Assembly: GCA_012295275.1 (NCBI GenBank)
Contig: CM022677.1
Coordinates: forward strand, 310,001 to 374,000
Reading direction: 5' to 3'
DNA from: Chrysomallon squamiferum
Taxonomy: Eukaryota > Animalia > Mollusca
DNA: 64,000 bases
Shown: positions 1-15,289 of the stretch, piece by piece
Layout of the letters: each line of letters begins with the position of its first letter
Position numbering within the stretch: position 1 is the first letter of the stretch
The notes under the pieces: model-generated
Databases searched by the model: none
What the model saw: only the letters and a program-made list of their open reading frames with translations
What the model was told of the DNA's origin: nothing
Program-made: the position numbers and the translations under genes

Positions 1-1770
1 TAGAAAGATAGATAGATAGCTGTGAACTGTTATTACTGTACTACTACTATATAATCACTCACCATGACATTTCAATTTGGCTGCAATGTCAAGGACATCA
101 CCTAGTGACAGTGTCAGATGTTTCCTTTATCTGTGAGAATGGCTGGACAATGCATCGTATTACCCAGCATTCTTAGAGAAAGATAAATAAATAAATAAAT
201 GAGATGACAACTTTCAGTAAATATGAACCATATAAATGTTAAAAATAAAAACTAACTATAACTGTTTACCAGGATGTCCTCCAAGTGCTGTCAATTAAAC
301 AGGAAGCTGAAGGGACAATTACAAGATGATTCAATTTTCTCCCCTGACTTCTTGACAGTGATTAAAATCAATTAAATTTATATGAATAATTTAAAAAGAA
401 ACAACTTAAAACAGCATCAACAATAATAAACCCTTTTATTTAATTTTTTCTTTCTTATTTTTACCACTGGATTAACTTAGGTTAGGGTTAGGATTAGGGT
501 TAGTTCTAGTGTCAGGTTAGGACGAGGGTAAAGCTTAGCTTTAGCCTGTTTATTTATTTATTATTGTTTCTTTTTTATTACTTTTATTGTTCTTTTTTTT
601 AAAATGTATTTATTTATTATCAATGGCAGCAGCCAACTTTGTGAAAAGTTAATCCAATTTCATTTTCATTTATGTTTTTCTTCTGATTGTTAAGACACAA
701 CTTTGTCATTGGTGATGACTGTCCAACAACTGACAACAGTGACAACAGACCCTCCTTCTCCGATAGGAAAAAAAGATTAATAAAAAAATGTTTAAAAACC
801 TTGAATTTAAAATTTAAAATTAAGGATGCAGGAACTGCTACTGTGACTACTGCAACTAAAGCTACTGTTCCTACTGCACCTCCAATAAAACTACATAGCT
901 TCTATTATTATTATTACTGCTACTGCTGCTATTACTAAACCACTTATTATTACTACTGCTGCTACTACAACCTACTACAACTGCAGCTATGATAACTCCT
1001 TTACTACACCAGTACATTAGCTTTTATTATCACTATCCTACAATGTTAGCTATTATTATTATTACTATCCTTTTAACTGCTATTGCTACAGTGGTAGCTG
1101 TTATTGTTACTACCACAGATGCTGTTGCAACTATTACTACATAATAGCTGCTACTACCACCACCACATTACATATTGCTGCTGATGTTTTTGGTATAATT
1201 ACATCTCCGTCACAAATAATAAAGAACTTAAAACTTTTTTATTTACAAAATGCTATTCAGAAGTGTTATTTTTCCTCTTCTGTGTGTGTGTGTATAGTAA
1301 AATATGCAAGCTTATATTTTATTATTTTGTATTAAGAACTAACTTTTTACTGCAAAATACAATTTATTACCTAATGAGTTTCCACTAATATTCAAGCTCT
1401 TTAACTCAGAGTTGTGTCCCTTGGTGGTATAAAAATAAAAGACTTAGGGCACTGTCAGTTTAAATCTCAAATTTAATTAAAACAGGCCTGAGTATTTTGT
1501 AAAGCATTTAAACATATAAAGTGATAACCAAATATTTCTTACTACATACACACACACACCATTATCCGAGTAGTAGCAATAATCACTATTGCTGATAAAC
1601 TCACACAAACACACTATTATCTGAGTAGTATGATTTAACACTGTTGCTGATACACTCACACACACACACTCACACATACACACAGAGAAGCAGTGGTCAC
1701 TATTGTTAATACAAACACACACGCTGAGTAGCAGTTTTCACTATTACTGATAAACTCACATGCACTCTCA

Positions 1771-1809
<39 letters not shown>

Positions 1810-1900
1810 TTGTCTGAGTAGTAGCAATTATCAGTGTTGCTGATACACACACACACACAGACACACACTCACAACTATTATCGATATCACAGTACACTTA
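1..1900 (-). repeat. Arm A of inverted segmental duplication (partner ~35290-37008)
   Basis: Reverse complement aligns colinearly by eye with 35290-37008: window start tagaaagatag..ctgtgaactgttattactg vs 36970-37008, and aaacaggcctgagtattttgt at ~1480 vs ~35550-35572. The arms are diverged, with indels. Confidence 0.9.
1545..1895 (-). repeat. Short array of the hairpin/(GT)n satellite (same family as 32855-35500)
   Basis: Repeated gagtagtagcaat(a/t)atcactattgctgata followed by (ca)n, the reverse complement of the 33-35.5 kb unit. Confidence 0.85.
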
Positions 1901-1917
1901 CATGGGCACACATGCAC

Positions 1918-1980
<63 letters not shown>

Positions 1981-2129
1981 ACAATAACAATAAAATAACA
2001 TAAAATAAAATAAATAAATATGTAAATAAATATATTAAATTAAATTCTGACCATAAAACACTTTTGTAAATTTCTGAGCATTGCTGTATTTAAATGTAAA
2101 ATCTCAGTTGTATAACTTTTGAAACCTTT

Positions 2130-3604
2130 GAAAACAACAAAAAACAAACAGTAACAACCATTTACACACTCTTCACGACAAGCACACCAATAACACAGGC
2201 CTCTCCACTCTTCAGCTAAAGGCCTCCACTCTGCAGGCCAAGGAGACAAACTCGTACACTTCCTGGCCTCCACTCAAAACAGACAAGATGTAATATGCAT
2301 GGTTATGACACTACAACAAAAACAACAAAACAACAAAAGCTTTTAAGGTCCCCAGGTATCAAAGTCATTAAAATCAACAGATTCAACATGGATGGCATCA
2401 TGACATTCATCAAACAACACATTCCACACACCAAGCTGAACCAAGGCAAAGTCCATGCCAACATCAAAATACTAAGCATCACAGTAGACAACAACAATCA
2501 AAACATCGACACAATTAACATATACAGCCCACCCACTCCCGCACTACACACCATCCAAACCCACGACTTTAACAAAATGATGACAGCAAACAACAAGCTC
2601 ATTATAGTGGGTGATTTCAACTGTCACAACACCTTATGGGGTTTCTCGACAGATGACAGCCCTGGAATCATCCAAGAAAATCTCATCGAGCAAAACCAGC
2701 TGGTCTCTCTGAACGACGGAACACACACATACACCAGCAACATCACTGGTGGCCAATCCGCCATTGATTTAACATTCACAAAGTAAGGACATCACAGTGC
2801 TCTGCGAATGGCAAGTGCTCAATGAATTAAACAGCGACCGTCACCAAATACTCACCAACTACAACAGTAAGAACACTTTCTCGGACAGATCCAATTTCAC
2901 ATCCAAATGGAACTTCAAGAAAGCGGGCTGGGAAGGCTTCTACAAAGCATACAGAAACATCACTACACAGAACCTCAACCACATTGATACCTACTGCACA
3001 TCACTCACCAACATGATACACTCCACTGCCAACAAAGGCACCGGCAAAATAACCACTCCCTGGTGGATGGAGCAGATAGAAAAGAAATGCAAAGAAAGAA
3101 ACAAATTCAGACAACAATACAAAAATGACAGAAATCTTTCCACAGATGAAAAATACAAAATAGCAAAAAAAGAAGTTTCCAATCTAATTCTCAGCGCAAA
3201 ACAAGAACACTGGGAACTCTTTTGCAACATCGACCACAAAACATCAGTCAAAGACATGTGTGCCAAAGTGAAAGAACATCCAAGGCAAAATTCCCCACCG
3301 AATCAACACTCTCAGCAAAAACAACATCGCATTCACAGACAAACAAGAAGCAGACCTATTCAGTGAAACTTTAGCCAAGTCCAGCAGCAACTCAAACTTC
3401 CCACTGAAATTCACGAAGAAGCCAAAGAGGACAACCCAACAATCGACGAATATTCCACAGACACAGAACACTTGTAATACAATCAACTCTTCAACATCAA
3501 TGAATTAAAACATGCACTCAAAAACAAGAAAAGTACAGCCACTGGGCCAGATAAAATAAGCTACACAATACTACAAACTACCAGACGAACACTACCATCT
3601 TGCT
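2130..3604 (+). mobile_element. Degenerate I-group LINE fragment (APE endonuclease to pre-RT linker), older relative of the 43.7-61.8 kb element
   Basis: ORFs 2295-2786 and 2797-3366 contain GDFNCHNTLWG, LNDGTHT, SAIDLTF, NSDRHQI and KWNFKKAGW. Colinear with 51170-49670 on the opposite strand, with stops and frameshifts. Runs into the gap. Confidence 0.92.
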
Positions 3605-3804
3605 NNNNNNNNNNNNNNNNNNNNNNNNNNNNNNNNNNNNNNNNNNNNNNNNNNNNNNNNNNNNNNNNNNNNNNNNNNNNNNNNNNNNNNNNNNNNNNNN
3701 NNNNNNNNNNNNNNNNNNNNNNNNNNNNNNNNNNNNNNNNNNNNNNNNNNNNNNNNNNNNNNNNNNNNNNNNNNNNNNNNNNNNNNNNNNNNNNNNNNNN
3801 NNNN
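3605..3804. other. Assembly gap (200 N)
   Basis: Run of exactly 200 n, typical of a scaffolding join. Confidence 0.99.
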
Positions 3805-6434
3805 CTAAATATCTCATCTTATTTTCCAGCGTTCGATTATATGATTTTTATTTTGTTTATTATCATTTTGTATTCTGTCTCCGTTTCTTTTTTATCGTTT
3901 CGTTCTTTTCATTCAAATTATGTTTGTTTTGTTTTAATTCTATCATAGTTTATAATTTCTATAATAGTTGTAGCTTTCTTTTACATTTTCTTTTGCATGT
4001 TTACTTATTTATTCCTTTCATTCTTTCATCCGTGTTCCACATCCCGCATTGTAATATTACCTGTAGGGGAAGTGTAATGTATATTGGATCTTGTAGCAGT
4101 TCTCAGCCTCTGATTGTTTTTGAAAGGTGTTTAGCCACAACTGTGTGATACCTCAGTCGACATCGTGCATGTTGTGATATTAAAGACAGCGGAAATCAGC
4201 TGACGCGGAAAAAAAAAAAAAAAAGGATAAATCTTATTTCAGCCATGTAAATTAAATGTTTTGCTATTTTTTGTATTTGTGTAGTGGTATATAGAGGCAT
4301 ATGTAGGATATTATATATTTCTAGGTTAGGACAAGTCTCTGCATATGGGGATCGAGGAAGTTCGCCTTCCGAAAAATTAGATGTGGTAAAACAAAATGTT
4401 CCTTTCGGTTCTGTTTCTTGGTAATTTGGTTCATAGAAATGGGTCAACCGCCGCTAGGCCTCAGGCCAGACTAGTCTCGATAAACCACGATGTTTTGAAC
4501 ATACAGATATTCCTATGTATGATACACTTTTTTGTTTTTAATTTGGTAACGTTTTACTGTTGATTATTCAATTTAATAGAATTTTTGAAATATATCATGC
4601 AAATCCAAATGGATTCGGATGTTTTATTTTGCGGAATCTTTTTTCTTTTTCTTCATCTTCTTTTTATTATTATTATTACTATTATTACGACTTTATTTAT
4701 TATTATTATTATTATTTTTAAAATCATTATTACTATTTTTCATTTTCTTCTTCATACCATTATTAACATTTATTTATTTTTGATGTTTGCCAGGCCAAAT
4801 TAAATTCATCGCCGGCTTGGATTTTGCAGAAAGCATTTGGAGAAAATGCTTTTAAAGAACATTTGTATGAAAAATGAGATGTGAGTGAAATATTTCATAA
4901 ATTTCAAATATTTCAAGATATATATTCTAATTATTAAAGGTATTATGTGCATTGTCATTTTGTTTGAATTACCTCGTTTCAGACATTATATAACACTTAT
5001 AATTTTCATCAAAAATAGAAAAAATAAATGCTCTGAAAAGTATCTATGAAGAAATTTGTGTTTCCCGTCATGACACTTTTTGCTACAGTATAGTTACCAC
5101 ATTCCTTCATAAAACGTGTTAAATGCAAAATCAAAAATATGATGCTATATACATGTTGTTGAATAAAACATTCATTCCTTCTTTTTCTCATTAACAAATG
5201 TGATATTTATTATAATCAATAATAGATGAAAATGTATACAGTAAATTATTATTACTGTTATTGTAGTGTTGTTATTGCTATTTTTACTATTAATGTATTA
5301 TTACTGCTATTACTACTATTGTTGTTGTTAAGGTTATTAATATTATTGAGATTAATTTTTATCATCGTCATGATTAAAATGTGATAAAAATAACTGAAAT
5401 ATCAACAAATGATAATAAGCAGAAAAAAATGCGTTGACAAATGTAGATTGATAAAAAAATATAATGTTTTTATTAAAATTAATAAATGTTATACTTACTA
5501 CTGATGTTAAATATTTAGTATTATTTCAGTATATTGAGCTGCTGTGTAGAAAGGTAATTTACATCATGGAGAAGGGTGAATCAGCTGTTAAAGAAAGCAT
5601 TCTCATGCATTCTGAGTTGTGAGTTTATTTTATTTTGTGTCTTAGAGAAAATTTTTAATTAACAATAAAACAGTGTAATAATAATCAGTTATTTGCTGTT
5701 TTGTTAATTATTATTTTTATTATTATTATTAACATTATCATTATAATGCTTTACTTGGTGCCATGGGAATTCCCCTAAGTTGTAAATGTGTATCTGTCTC
5801 AGGCAGGTAGAACCCGAGTTGACTTGCTCTTCTGGTCAATATTGGATCTATGTATTATATTATAACAGAACAAACACAAGCACTTTTAAAAACTGTATTC
5901 GCATTAACATTGAACATTCAACAGTAAAGATGAATAGAAATATTGTAATCTGTCACATCAATCACATATGGGTTAATACACGTGAAACCAGCAAATATAT
6001 AAATAACTAGTTACCAGGTGTGTTTAGGCGACAGCGATGGTTCCACCATTCTCTCCTAACAAAAAATCTCCAGGCTTTTATAAGAAATAAAGAGACTTGT
6101 TTAATTTGGCAACTTTGAACTTTGCCACTAGACGTGTGTTGCCAGATCATTCTGTAAAACAAGAACCTGTAACACTGAGGCATTTTGCTGATTCGGCAGA
6201 CAGAATCAGTAGTCAGGATACATGACTTTTACAGGTGGAAAATTCTTCCCTCACACTTGGTAACATTATTTATTGAAGGGACAAGCTAGGCGAAAAACCA
6301 AATCCATTATCTTTTATGTTATAGAATTGAAAAATTGGATTATTTTTGTGGTAAATTTCTATATTTTAAAATAAAAGAAGAAGAAGTATAATATTTTATG
6401 AGTATTTTAAAATGTTTGACTTTCCTGTTACCAG

Positions 6435-6752
6435 ATGGAACTGCCTGCCTTCACACAGTGTTACTGTTCCTGTGATGACAGACACACTAAAATTCATTGG
6501 AGATGGATGTACAGTATCTGTTGTCTGTAGTTTCTATTCTCTGCAGTCTCTCAAATTTCATGGGTTTGTTTAATATTACAATTTTTGTAAATAAAATAAT
6601 ATATCAGATGGTAACTTTAAAATTTAGCATTAAATTTACGAATGTTAATATCTAGTAAGACAGATGTGTTTTTGTTGTTTTTAAATTTTATAATTTTCAT
6701 AATTGACAAATTCTTATTTTAATATTAGGTCAGCGTTTCTGTTCGGGCTCTC

Positions 6753-6824
<72 letters not shown>

Positions 6825-6960
6825 GTTATTGAATATTTATTGTCTCATTGTTATTTATTTATTTTTCAGAGATATGTTTGAAAGATGGGTTAGGAACAGC
6901 TAATTCTTTATGTAATCTACACCTCATCAAAACATTCTGTGAACAGCATCTTACCATTGA
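6435..6960 (+). pseudogene. Decayed exons resembling adhesion-GPCR TM1/ICL1/TM2 start
   Basis: ag/gt-bounded exon 6435-6563 reads ..LKFIGDGCTVSVVC..(frameshift)..W. The next exon from 6870 reads RYV*..QLILLCNL. Resembles the IGCxxSxxC..WRY...ILxNL pattern of adhesion GPCRs. Recognised by eye only. Confidence 0.3.
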
Positions 6961-9403
6961 CTTTTTCCACTTGATAAAACTGACATCTTCTGAACTGTCA
7001 GGAAACAGAAAATAAGTTTTGTGAGAGTTTTTAGTTATGGTTCAGGATTTTACTTTAAAAAAAATGTACATTGCAAGCCAAAAATTATATTATATCTTTT
7101 ATTATATGAATTTATGAAATTTGTTATTGTACTGGAAAAATTTATATTTGTAATATTCAGTTTTAGTGTACAGACTGATGAATGCTTTTACCTATGTAAA
7201 TATATTTGTATTATTTAAAATGGATGCTTTCAGGTTTTTTGAAGATCCTTATATAATGTCAGTATTTCAGAAGCTGCCAATAAAGAAAGTTAATATTAAA
7301 GGAATGAGTGCTCCTCAGTTAAATTTTATGAAGATTTATTTCATCAGACAGCTTATATTGCAGGGCTTATTATTATTTTTATTAATTTTAATTCAGCATC
7401 TTGCTATAGTAATGGAAGTCAAATGTCACGAAAACCAAGTACTCATTAGCTTTCACAAAACTGAGTTGAGATTCAGAACTAAACAAATCAAACTCTACTT
7501 CGTAAGTATTCACTTAATCATTTGTTAAATTTATTGTGATGGATAGACTGGCTCAGTGGTTTCATGATAACTTAGAATACTTTTATTTCCATATTTCCAT
7601 TAGCATTGTTTTATTCTTGTTTCTGGTGTCCACAATTTATATATTTATCTTATGATTTTTTTTATTTCCATTAGCATTCTTCTTATATTTTTATTATTAT
7701 TTTATTTATTTATTTGTTATTCTTTCATCTCTATATTTATTTTTCCATCATTAACATCATTCCTCCATACAAAAGGCTTTAACAGACTGAGTATGCCAGC
7801 ATTATACACTAATTTACTCAGTCTGTGAGGTTTTGGTTTATATTTCTGATATTTTGTGATATATAGATAAATTAAAATAAAAAATAAAATAAAATATTGG
7901 GTAAGTCATCCTTTATATACAAGCCTGTTAAAATATTGTTATTCTTTATTATTAGGAAATGCTGGTACCAGTCAACATGGAATATATAAATTACAGCATC
8001 ACACATATTCATTAAGTTAAATTTTTATAAGTAAAATTAACTAATTTTATCATCCATTAGTTTAAAACATTTATCATTTCTTCATTTAGTCAACCACACT
8101 TGTTTTCATCATCCTGTCGTCTGTATTAACTTTACTTTTTTAAATTTAACCATATCTTGGAGGTTTTTAAAAAAAATGTGTAGCATTATTATCTTGATTA
8201 TTATTATTATCTAAAAACCTTTTTGCTTTTCACTTAATTCTCACTTTGCTTATTTACAGAATTTTCATCACTTATCAAAAATAGTGACTGTAGAACTTTA
8301 AAAAAAAAACAAATAATAATAATAAAATAAAAATAAAAATAAAGCTTTTTTGAAATCCATGAATTAAAGTTATTCTTTTAATATGTCAGATTAGTAATTT
8401 ATTGTTTTAAATAATTATAATATAAAATATAATTCTAAAATATTTCAGTTTTTAGGTGTTATAGAAACACACTGAATTTTCTAACATAGTGCACACATGA
8501 ATGTAAGCAGAATTTTCAGAATGTATACCATATTGAAACATGCATCAAATTAATAATGTAGTTAGAAATCACCATTTTGTTATTATCTTTTCTGGTAAAT
8601 TTTATTTTAAATCTTTATTTGCAGGTTAAATTAGCTTGCTACTTGTTTATTAATTTTCTTATTTTTAAAGCCCTGCTAATTATTATTATTAATCTAAATT
8701 AAGCCATTGCTAAATTTAATGGACCAGAAATATTGAAATCTGTTATTCTCAGATTTATGTGTTTAAGCATTATTCACATGTATTATTACATACATGTACA
8801 ATCAAAACACTATATAGAGCATTTAATTAATTTTCATGGAAAATTTGTTACTAAACTTAATAAGTGGTTAATTGTTACAATAAATTAAGGATGCTATAAA
8901 TCATTATTAGGATTAGGGTTAGGATTAGAGTTAGGATTACACCATACCATAAGCATATAAACCTGGGAGAACTAAGCTGGAGCCATGGAGAATAGTAATT
9001 TATAATGTAAAATCTGATCAATATCTAATTTGTTTTGATTTTGATTTTCTTTCTTAAATTATTATTAATATTATTATTATTAGTAGTAGTAGTAGTAGTA
9101 GTAAATTAAATTTGAAAAGTATCAGTTTTCATCTTCATATTTTGTTCTCATTGTTCTATAATCCATATTTAGATTTTTCTGTTTTCTTCTTTTTTTTTAA
9201 ATTATTTTTTTAATATAAATTTATTTATTTATTTATTATGTCACAAAATAATTTTTGTAAATCCAAATAATATAATACAATGTTTTTAAACTGATTATTT
9301 TGTTTTTGTTTTTCTGTTAGTTTCCTGCAATGTACTTACAAAAAATGGGCAGATAGGGGGAGCCACCATCTCCAGGTAAAGTAATAATAAACAGTACAAC
9401 TTA

Positions 9404-9475
9404 TACAATCTGTGTCATGTGACAGTATCACAGTATTAATCTGCCTGGTGATGCTGTCACATGACACAGATTGTA
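9404..9475. other. Near-perfect 72-nt hairpin
   Basis: Arms tacaatctgtgtcatgtgacagtatcac and gtgatgctgtcacatgacacagattgta: 28 bp with one G-U pair, 16-nt loop. Confidence 0.9.
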
Positions 9476-10795
9476 CATATATTTCACTATTTCATTATTA
9501 TTTATCACCAATGATTTTGAAATGTGTGTTACATATTTTTATAATCATTTAACAAATCATATTTTTTATTATTTTTTTTTTAGTTGTTTCTCAAATATAA
9601 TTCATAGGGTGTTATCTATAAGCCAGTAACACTAGGCATAATTTTTTTCGTTTCTTTTTGTAATTTTTTGTTTCACAAATTCTTGTATTTGCTTTTTACA
9701 CTTGAATATTGGCTGTGATACTGATAGCCTTACCTTGTTGCTGTAAACAGGCAGTTATCTGTATATAAAAATATCAAAGCATGTTTTAAATTTGTTGTGT
9801 TCTTTATTATTGATTTTGTTCTCTCACTTTAAACATAAACTGTGAAGACTGAAAAAGTTGTTTATTACAAGCTGCAGCCAAAACTCAAATAACAGTGAAC
9901 CAAAACTGAAACGAAAAGCTGAAGCAGACAAACCTCAAGTTGCGTCCCTTTGGATGACACACCTTGCATGGAACATCAGAAGTCACAGAGAAGATAAAGC
10001 ATGCAATGTGACCATATTCCAGTTCACTTATTGCGTTAAAACATTGCATCGGCCAGTCACTGTCCATGGTCAAAGGTCAGATGTCCTGACAGGTTAAAAC
10101 AGCAAAAGTATGTTGATTATACATATAATATAAATATTATTAAAAATCTGTTAACAACAACCCACATGAATCTGTTTTCTTATAGCTGAATTTGAATACA
10201 ACACAGTATTTAGAACTACCATCTGTTTTCAAGAATAAAATTGGTAAAAAAATCAAGAGATGTTTCATTTTATGATATTTTTGTTTATTTTCCAGTCTGT
10301 CTTTAAATCTAGTTCCTAATCAATTACCAGCTACACATCAGCCAAAGAAAAATATTCACATAAAAATAAAACAGTTTTATATCACATTTGATATTTATAT
10401 ATTATTTACAAAAATATATGTGACCGTTTTTAAACCAATGAAAATGATTTTCTCAGACATATTAGCCAATCAAAAGTAGTTTACTATCTGTATTGATCAT
10501 TCATAACAGATGTATCTATTTTAGCTTTTTTAAACTATTGACTTTGTAATTCACTCTTAGTGAACATGAAAAAAAATATCTTACTGTAATTTTATATTTA
10601 AACCATCCTATATTATAGTATTTTCGATGGATTGGTTAATTATACAGTATGAATATTTTTATTAAGTGTTTAAGAACTTTATTTTAGTTATTTCTGTATG
10701 GATAATGACAGAGTCTTTCAAGTTAATGTCTCATATCAAATGGTAAATGTAAAAAATGTATTATTATTATTATTACTAGTTTATTATTATTATTA

Positions 10796-10853
<58 letters not shown>

Positions 10854-12191
10854 GTCATTATTATTATTATTATTACTATTATCACTACTATTACTACTGT
10901 TATCAAAATTATTATTATTAAAATTCACCTGTCTTCATTTTTCCAGTTTCATTCCTAATGATTTAACTAAAAGGAATAATACTGTAATTGTTTCATGATG
11001 GTATTACACCGGCAATGTATANTGTTTTTAATTCACAAGTGTTGAAAATATTTGTTGTTAGCTGATTATACGCAAAACCTATTTTTGTCTTCATTATGCA
11101 CAATTAGAATCACACTGAAATGTTTATGGGACTCTAACATCATGAAAAGTGACTGAAATTTTTTATAAATAGTTTTTCAAAAGTGCTGTTTTGCTAAGTG
11201 AGAGATGATTCTTGTATTATTAAACAAAATGTTCTCTTTTAAGAGTATGTTCTTGATGAGAAAGAATAAAAAGAAATACAATGTATAATATGTATGTAGA
11301 AATTTAAAGAAAGTTTAGATGTACCAGTTTCTACAACTGATAACATCTGGAAAGAGTTTCATATCAGCGGGCTTTGTGTTTGTAAACAAAAATTCATGAA
11401 TAGATTGTCATGACAGTTTAATTTTAAAATGTTTTAAATATATGTAAATTTCCCTTTTGTCAGCTCCTGTCTAAAACAAAAATTAATTAAAAATAGATTG
11501 TGTCAACACAGCTAAGAATGTTGTTTAGTTTTATTTCCTAATAAAGGAACCCAGTGAATAGGCAGAATTATTTATAATAATAATAATAATAATAACAATA
11601 ACACAGTAGTAATTATAATAATAATAATGGTAATTATAATAATAGAATAGTAATAACAACAGTAAGGGTAATAAAAATAGAAATAATAATAGTAATAATA
11701 ATAAAAAAATAATAAAATAATTCAAAGTCTCTTTATTCAGAAATAGCTAATGTGAGTTTGTTATTTTTATTCTCTCTTGATAAAATACTAAATACAAAAT
11801 CTGATAGTAGAGAAAAATAAGTTACATTTATTGTTGCTAATTCTAACAACTATTTCATTCCAAAACTAGATGTCAAAGTCCAAATTTGTCTAACGTTGTG
11901 GTGGAATTTAAGACTGTTTTGATTCTGCTGAAAATTTAGTTAACTTGGCTGAACACTGAGTTTGAAATACAGTGATGTCACTTCCAGCTCTGTTCTTCAC
12001 TTTAATTTCTGACTATCCAAGCCCAAAAATGTAAAATAAATAAGTAAAATAAAAAAATTAATAAATAATAATTAATAATAATAAATACAACAAATAAATA
12101 AAATAATTATGAAAAGAGATAGAAACACGTGAATGAGGCAGAGAATTAGACTGAGACAATTTAGAGACAACGAGACAGTGACAAAGACGGA

Positions 12192-12333
12192 CAAAGAATA
12201 AACAGAATATATAAATATATATATTTCATTAATGTTTTATTCAAAGAATAAAGAGAATATATAAATATATATATTTCATTAACGTTTTACTCAAAGAATA
12301 AACAGATTATATAAATATATATATTTCATTAAT
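12192..12333. repeat. 50-bp minisatellite, ~3 copies
   Basis: caaagaataaacagaatatataaatatatatatttcattaa starts at 12192, 12242 and 12292. Confidence 0.9.
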
Positions 12334-12499
12334 ATTTCCTCATCTGTCATAGTAAAAATAAAAAAACATTCTCATAGATAAATGAGACAATTCCAGTGAA
12401 AGTCTGTCACTTGTCATTGTGCATAGTAAAATTTCTACATATTTTTAATAATGTTTTTATGATTTTTTTAAAAAGAATAATGATAAGCACTCAAAAAAC

Positions 12500-12860
12500 A
12501 TTACGAATAACCGCTTTACGATGGCAACGACGGCGACGTTATCGGAGATAATAATATATTTTAATACGGGATGGGCACGGTCAGAAAATAAGAATAATAT
12601 CGAATAAAAAACGAAAACGAATAATGCGGAGTAAACCAATAACGTTAGAGGCAACGACTGTACGACGGCAACGACGTCGACATTAATAGAAATTACAATA
12701 ATATATTTTAATATGTGATGTGCCCGCTCAGAAAATATGAGGAATAATTAATGAAAAGCGCTGAAGACTAATGAGAACTACTCCAATAAGACTAGGAACA
12801 ACTCAGATACGAAGGCAACGATGGCGTCATTAATAGAAACAGTATAATAATTTTTAACAT
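12500..12860 (+). repeat. Diverged ~147-bp tandem repeat (family also at 41600-42005)
   Basis: Core tacga(c/t/a)ggcaacga...(c)attaatagaaa recurs at ~12517, ~12661 and ~12808. Confidence 0.8.
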
Positions 12861-13136
12861 GTAAAACTAACTTGAACGTACTCAGTAAATAAAGATGAAA
12901 CATGACCCCTATTTAAAACTCGGATTTAAAACATGTCTGTAGATCTCCAGTATACAGTTTCATATTTAATCATGTTTTTAAAACATGTTTTTTTTTTTTT
13001 TTTTTTATATTTGCACTTTTTGTTCGTGCGGTTGTTTCTCCTATTTTATTTTTATTGGATGTGTGTGTTAGTGAGTGACAGTGTGTGTGTGTGTGTGTTT
13101 GTGAGTGAGTGTGTCTGAGTGAGTGAGTGAGAGTGA

Positions 13137-13225
<89 letters not shown>

Positions 13226-14287
13226 TCGATTCCGTTTCTTTCATGTTTTGATTTTAAAATCTTATGTCAGGCAGAATATTTTACTTTGCTAATTCTAAAT
13301 CGTATAATAAAAAGGTGTAATTTTACTATAACGTTGAACTTGAATATTACTACAGAAAATATTGATAACTATATCTATTAGATATTACTGACAGTTATAA
13401 ATGATAATTCTACAAGGCGTTATGAAAATAAGCGGTTTAATTACCTGTAAAGAGAAAAAGGTGAGAATTAATTGCTGGTTGAACAATGATATTTAGTTTG
13501 TAGATTAAGTATGTTGAGAAAAGTTAATTTCATATTTTATTAATATCGTATATTTATATCAGGTTATATTGAAAAACGTCAAAGTTAATTCCCTGGAATC
13601 ACGATAGTATGTACTGATTAGCTGAGAACAAAGAAGGTGAACATGTTATTACTTTAGATATTACTATAACCGCGACACCAGTAATAATCTATATAACAAT
13701 GAAGCATATTTGTCCTCTTTTTTGTCAATAGCAGAACAATAACAACAATAGTAATATCTTTATTTTTTATTTTGTTTTTATTTTTCTGTAAAAACGGAAG
13801 CTTCCTATATATAGTTTCATTAGAACTGTTCTGAGTGCGGATATCAAAATTACTTCTAATTTTTTATTAGGCCGCATAAAGTTATAGAGAAATCGTTTCC
13901 GTCGAGTTAAAAACCAAATACTTCTTTTTAAAAACAAGCAAAAAATATATTATAAATAAATCAGTTTATAAATGATTTATTTATGATATAATTCAATGAG
14001 AAATTATGTAATCATATCAAAATTATATTTAATCATATCAAAATATATTTAATTAAGTCAGAAATACTTAATTATATCAAAATATATTTAACCATATAAA
14101 AATATATTTATCTGATTATTTATAGATTGATTTATTTAAATGATAAAGCGTGAACCTTTAACATTGATTTTTAACTAAAGAATATCGCTATTAGCACTGC
14201 TAACAAAATAAGAAGCAGTTTTATTGTATTGATTGTTTAGAGAGTATCGGTTATATTATTGTATAGATATGGAATTTCATTCTAGAT

Positions 14288-14352
<65 letters not shown>

Positions 14353-15248
14353 TCTACATCTGTAATTATCAATATAATATATGTTGTAATGCTAATTTCC
14401 GACTTATAAAATGAATATCAAAATATATTTGCCTTAAACGTTTTATTTGCTACCATGTATCCACATACTAACCTTTTAATTAACGGTTCTATTTTGTAAA
14501 ATCTTCAGAACATGAAATATGTATTATCTGCGAGTGTATATGTACCTGTCTGCATAAAAAAAAAGTAAAATTATCTTATTTAAATTTATTTTCTGAATCT
14601 GAATGTATAAGTAAAATATCTTTTGTAAATTGTGAATGTGACTCAGTATTTTTACTGAAATATACAAACTAATGGAAATACATTCCATATACCAATTTAC
14701 ATTTTATGATTTGCAGTCAGCGATCAAGGGGGAGAGTTAACATAATTTACATTATCCTCACTAGAAGAAATCACGGTTGTTGTCACATGAGTGTTTACAA
14801 TAACCATGTTCTATGAAAAAGGATACATTTTCAGAGATGCTGAAATGTGCACGTCTTTAATCAACTGTTTTTCTGAAGTCAAGATTAGTAAAGCGTAATG
14901 AACATTGTTAATAATATTCACAGATTTCTTCAATGGATTATTTAGATTACTGTTACTGGGTTTTGGTAGAGATGTTTATTGCATTCGTAAAAGTTCATTC
15001 AAATTTATCTTAAAGCGGCATTAATAACGAAAAACAATGCAATAACAGAAAATGAAAAAATTATATTTATTTTAAAAAATATCAAAAATAGTAATTATAA
15101 CAAGTGTAAGTTAAATAGATATTTCTCTGTACAGAAGACAGCAGGTACAGATCTAGGTGTGGTGTGTTAACATGTTTGTGTGATAAGAAAATACCCCAAA
15201 TGTTCTCTTACTCCTCTACCATATAACACTTTTCATATCTCTCTCTCT

Positions 15249-15289
<41 letters not shown>

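Noticed and set aside
475-545. Telomere (ttaggg-like; also 8905-8940 and 36480-36550)
   Set aside because: Only a few degenerate units at interstitial positions.
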